DNA from: Lama glama
Taxonomy: Eukaryota
Length of the DNA: 64,000 nucleotides
NCBI GenBank assembly: GCA_028534125.1
Contig: CM052816.1
Span: forward strand, 87,732,001-87,796,000
Reading direction: 5' to 3'
Part shown: in pieces, positions 61,568 through 64,000 of the stretch
Layout of the letters: every line of letters begins with the position of its first letter
Numbering within the stretch: position 1 is the stretch's first letter
The notes under the pieces: generated by a model
The model's database searches: none
What the model saw: only the letters and a program-made list of their open reading frames with translations
What the model was told of the DNA's origin: nothing
Position numbers and translations under genes: made by a program

Positions 61568-62534
61568 GATGGTTTTATATGCATAAAATATATGTACATA
61601 CTAAATATATATATATATATATATATGAAAATCACTTCATGTTTTCAGCCTATTTCCATGCCATATAGTTCCTTGAAAAAAAATACATTTTTGATTAAAA
61701 CATTAAATGTGAACAGAACTTAATTAAAAAAAAATAAAGCCCTTTCATTCTAATCAAATTAGTATTGTACTACCTTGGTTCAGCAAACAAAACAATTGCC
61801 CACACCAGAAATAGATGAAACAGGATACATAATTTCAGGAAAATGACAATAATCTGTATGCCATCCCTAAGGTTTTAGTGTGGGGACATCACTCTCCTCT
61901 GCTTTAGAAGCTCTCAGGCTTAAAGGAAGTCATAACAGTTATTTCAGCAAAATAACAGGAGCCGATGCTGGGGGCGGCCCGATGAGATTATCCAGATCCT
62001 GACTCTCTCAGGCCTGTGGTAGTTTCTGGTGCCCATTATCTCGGTGCCAGAGTAAACTGCATTGCACAAACAGCCTTCTCCATGAGAGCAGCTTTCAGAT
62101 TTTGCCCCTCATGTGGAGTTTTGCTGGACATGAGCTTCAGTGTTGGTTATCGAAAGGTGAAGCTTCCTAAAGAGAGCCAGAAAGCCCTACAGGCAGAATG
62201 CTTAACCCAATTCCACGATCCCCACTGCAGGAAAACTTCCTGTAAGGCGCTGAAATCCACAAGAGGCACTAATTCTGATTCCATTGTGGACCGCATCATA
62301 CTGGAAGTTTTAAAGCATTTATGATGTAGTATTAGTACTATTAGTACTAAAACTAATACTAATGGTAATACTAATGGCAGTCTACTAAGACTACAAATAA
62401 TAATGATGATAATCACCATCCTATGTCTCAAATAATTTGTGGGTTGTAAATAAGCAATAATAGTATTAAATATTTATCCACTACTAAACTTGGCCTTGGC
62501 AGAAGCCAACATTTTTATCCTTTGAGGAAAAATA

Positions 62535-62566
62535 TATATTTACATATATATGTATGTGTGTTTGTG

Positions 62567-62597
<31 letters not shown>

Positions 62598-62640
62598 ATA
62601 TATATAAGGTTATATATATATATATATATATAAAACCTTA
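62535..62640. repeat. (TA)/(TG) compound microsatellite
   Basis: Directly visible. Confidence 0.9.
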
Positions 62641-63562
62641 AATATTGATCTTACTTTGTAAATCAGGAAATTCCACTTGAAACTAGTTTTCTGTATTATT
62701 CAAAGTAAGATAACTGGTAAATGGAAACGGGGAATTCAAATCCAGCTTGCTTCACTTCAATTTATTTTTCTCTCTCTATCTGTCTATCATCCATCCATCT
62801 ATCCACCTAGGTTCCTTCCCCGTTACCTATAGATGATCTGAAGTATTCACACTTCATTCTGTAGTAAGCAACATTTCAAGGAATCATTAAGATATAAAAC
62901 TCCCCAGCTTTAAGAGTTTTGCCTTTTCTGTTGACCTTTTCCAGCAGGTTGTTCTATACATGAATAGATCCCTTTAAAAAGAGCTCATAGTGGGCAATCA
63001 ACCCCTGAGCGACTTTCAACTATCCAGCAATGTCAAGGGACCCTGTAGTGAGTACCGTTTCATTTTCAACTTTCATGCGATGCACCAATTCCCAGGTTGA
63101 ATTTTCTAGCACAAGTTATTTTCAATACATTTTGAATTATTTTTGTATTACTAAAACCTAGAAGCTATTACCTGGGGATTGCATTCATATCTTCTGTGTG
63201 AAAAGTGACACATCCGTGACATTTTTAATAGTCATTTAGTTGATATTCTCTCTCAAAGCTATAATAGAAAATGTTTGTTTTTAGTTTGGACCACAGCGAA
63301 CCAATAACTGAAGTATTTGAGGGTAACTGGGGAGAAAATAAGCTTGACATTTTAGAAATTCAAGAAATTATGTAAACAAGCCTAAAGATGAAAAATGATA
63401 TCCTTTTCAAAAGTGGAAATAAAAGGGATTCTGTAAACTAGGGAAAGTGAAGATTGAATCTAATTTAAGGAAAATTTCTAGGATGGCATTTTTTTTTAAG
63501 TACACGTAAGTGTCTAAGACAATGCATTTTTCTTTAAATTTGTATTGATTTTAATTATTTTA

Positions 63563-64000
63563 TTTTACTTTTTAAAATTTTATTGAAGTTGGTTTATATG
63601 TGTTAATTTCTGGTGTACAGAAGTGATTCAGGTTCATATATATGTATGTGTGTATATATATATATAAATATATATTCCTTTACATAATCTTTTCCATTAT
63701 AGACTTTTACAAGATATTGAATATAGTTCCCTATGTATATAGTAGGATCTTGCTGTTAAGCCATTTTATATATAGTTAGTATCTGCAAATCGTGAAACTT
63801 AGAAGGTTACTTTTCATTTACAGTTATTATAAGATATTAGCTCTATTTCCCATGTTGTACAATATATCCTTGAGCCTATCTTACACCCAGTAATTTGTAC
63901 CTTCCAGTTCCCTACTCCTTCAACAAACTAGTAACAACAGTAACTGCTAGTTTGTTCTCTACATCTATGAGTCTGCTTCTTTTTTTGTTATGTTCACTAG
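63563..64000 (-). mobile_element. Two adjacent L1 3' UTR fragments (about 63563-63798 and about 63800 to window end)
   Basis: tttattgaagtt…ggtgtacagaagtgattcag…, then …ttcccatgttgtacaatatatccttgagcc…tagtttgttctctacatctatgagtctgcttc. Confidence 0.82.

Noticed and set aside
62016..62324. 102-aa ORF with FCPSCG, a zinc-ribbon-like motif
   Set aside because: GTG start, no properly spaced second CxxC pair, and no splice or polyA/TSD context. I cannot match it to a known protein, so the block is treated as possible regulatory DNA instead.

Overview
AT-rich, CpG-depleted mammalian genomic DNA. It is very probably camelid, because a tRNA-Ala-derived vic-1-type SINE is present and I saw no Alu, B1/B2, Bov-A/BovB or PRE-1 elements. 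I cannot identify any protein-coding exon, RNA gene or prokaryote-type system (no CRISPR, operon or IS). The supplied ORFs are either decayed L1 ORF2 pieces or chance ORFs. The window reads as a long intron or gene desert filled with old interspersed repeats (L1, L2, MIR, MaLR and ERV1 LTRs, hAT and Tigger MITEs) and microsatellites. Repeat family names come from recalled consensus similarity, not a RepeatMasker run, and boundaries are approximate unless TSDs or TIRs are quoted. The most interesting items are: (i) a two-LTR MaLR provirus carrying four nested insertions, whose internal region keeps an unusual CpG and TF-motif cluster (a candidate exapted promoter or enhancer); (ii) a textbook branch point, pyrimidine tract and CAG|GTAAGA motif that could be a recursive splice site, plus other orphan splice signals; (iii) two twin-primed (5'-inverted) L1 insertions with readable junctions; (iv) a strong minus-strand bias of LTRs, suggesting a plus-strand host transcript. 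I did not find convincing evidence for a wholly new biological system.
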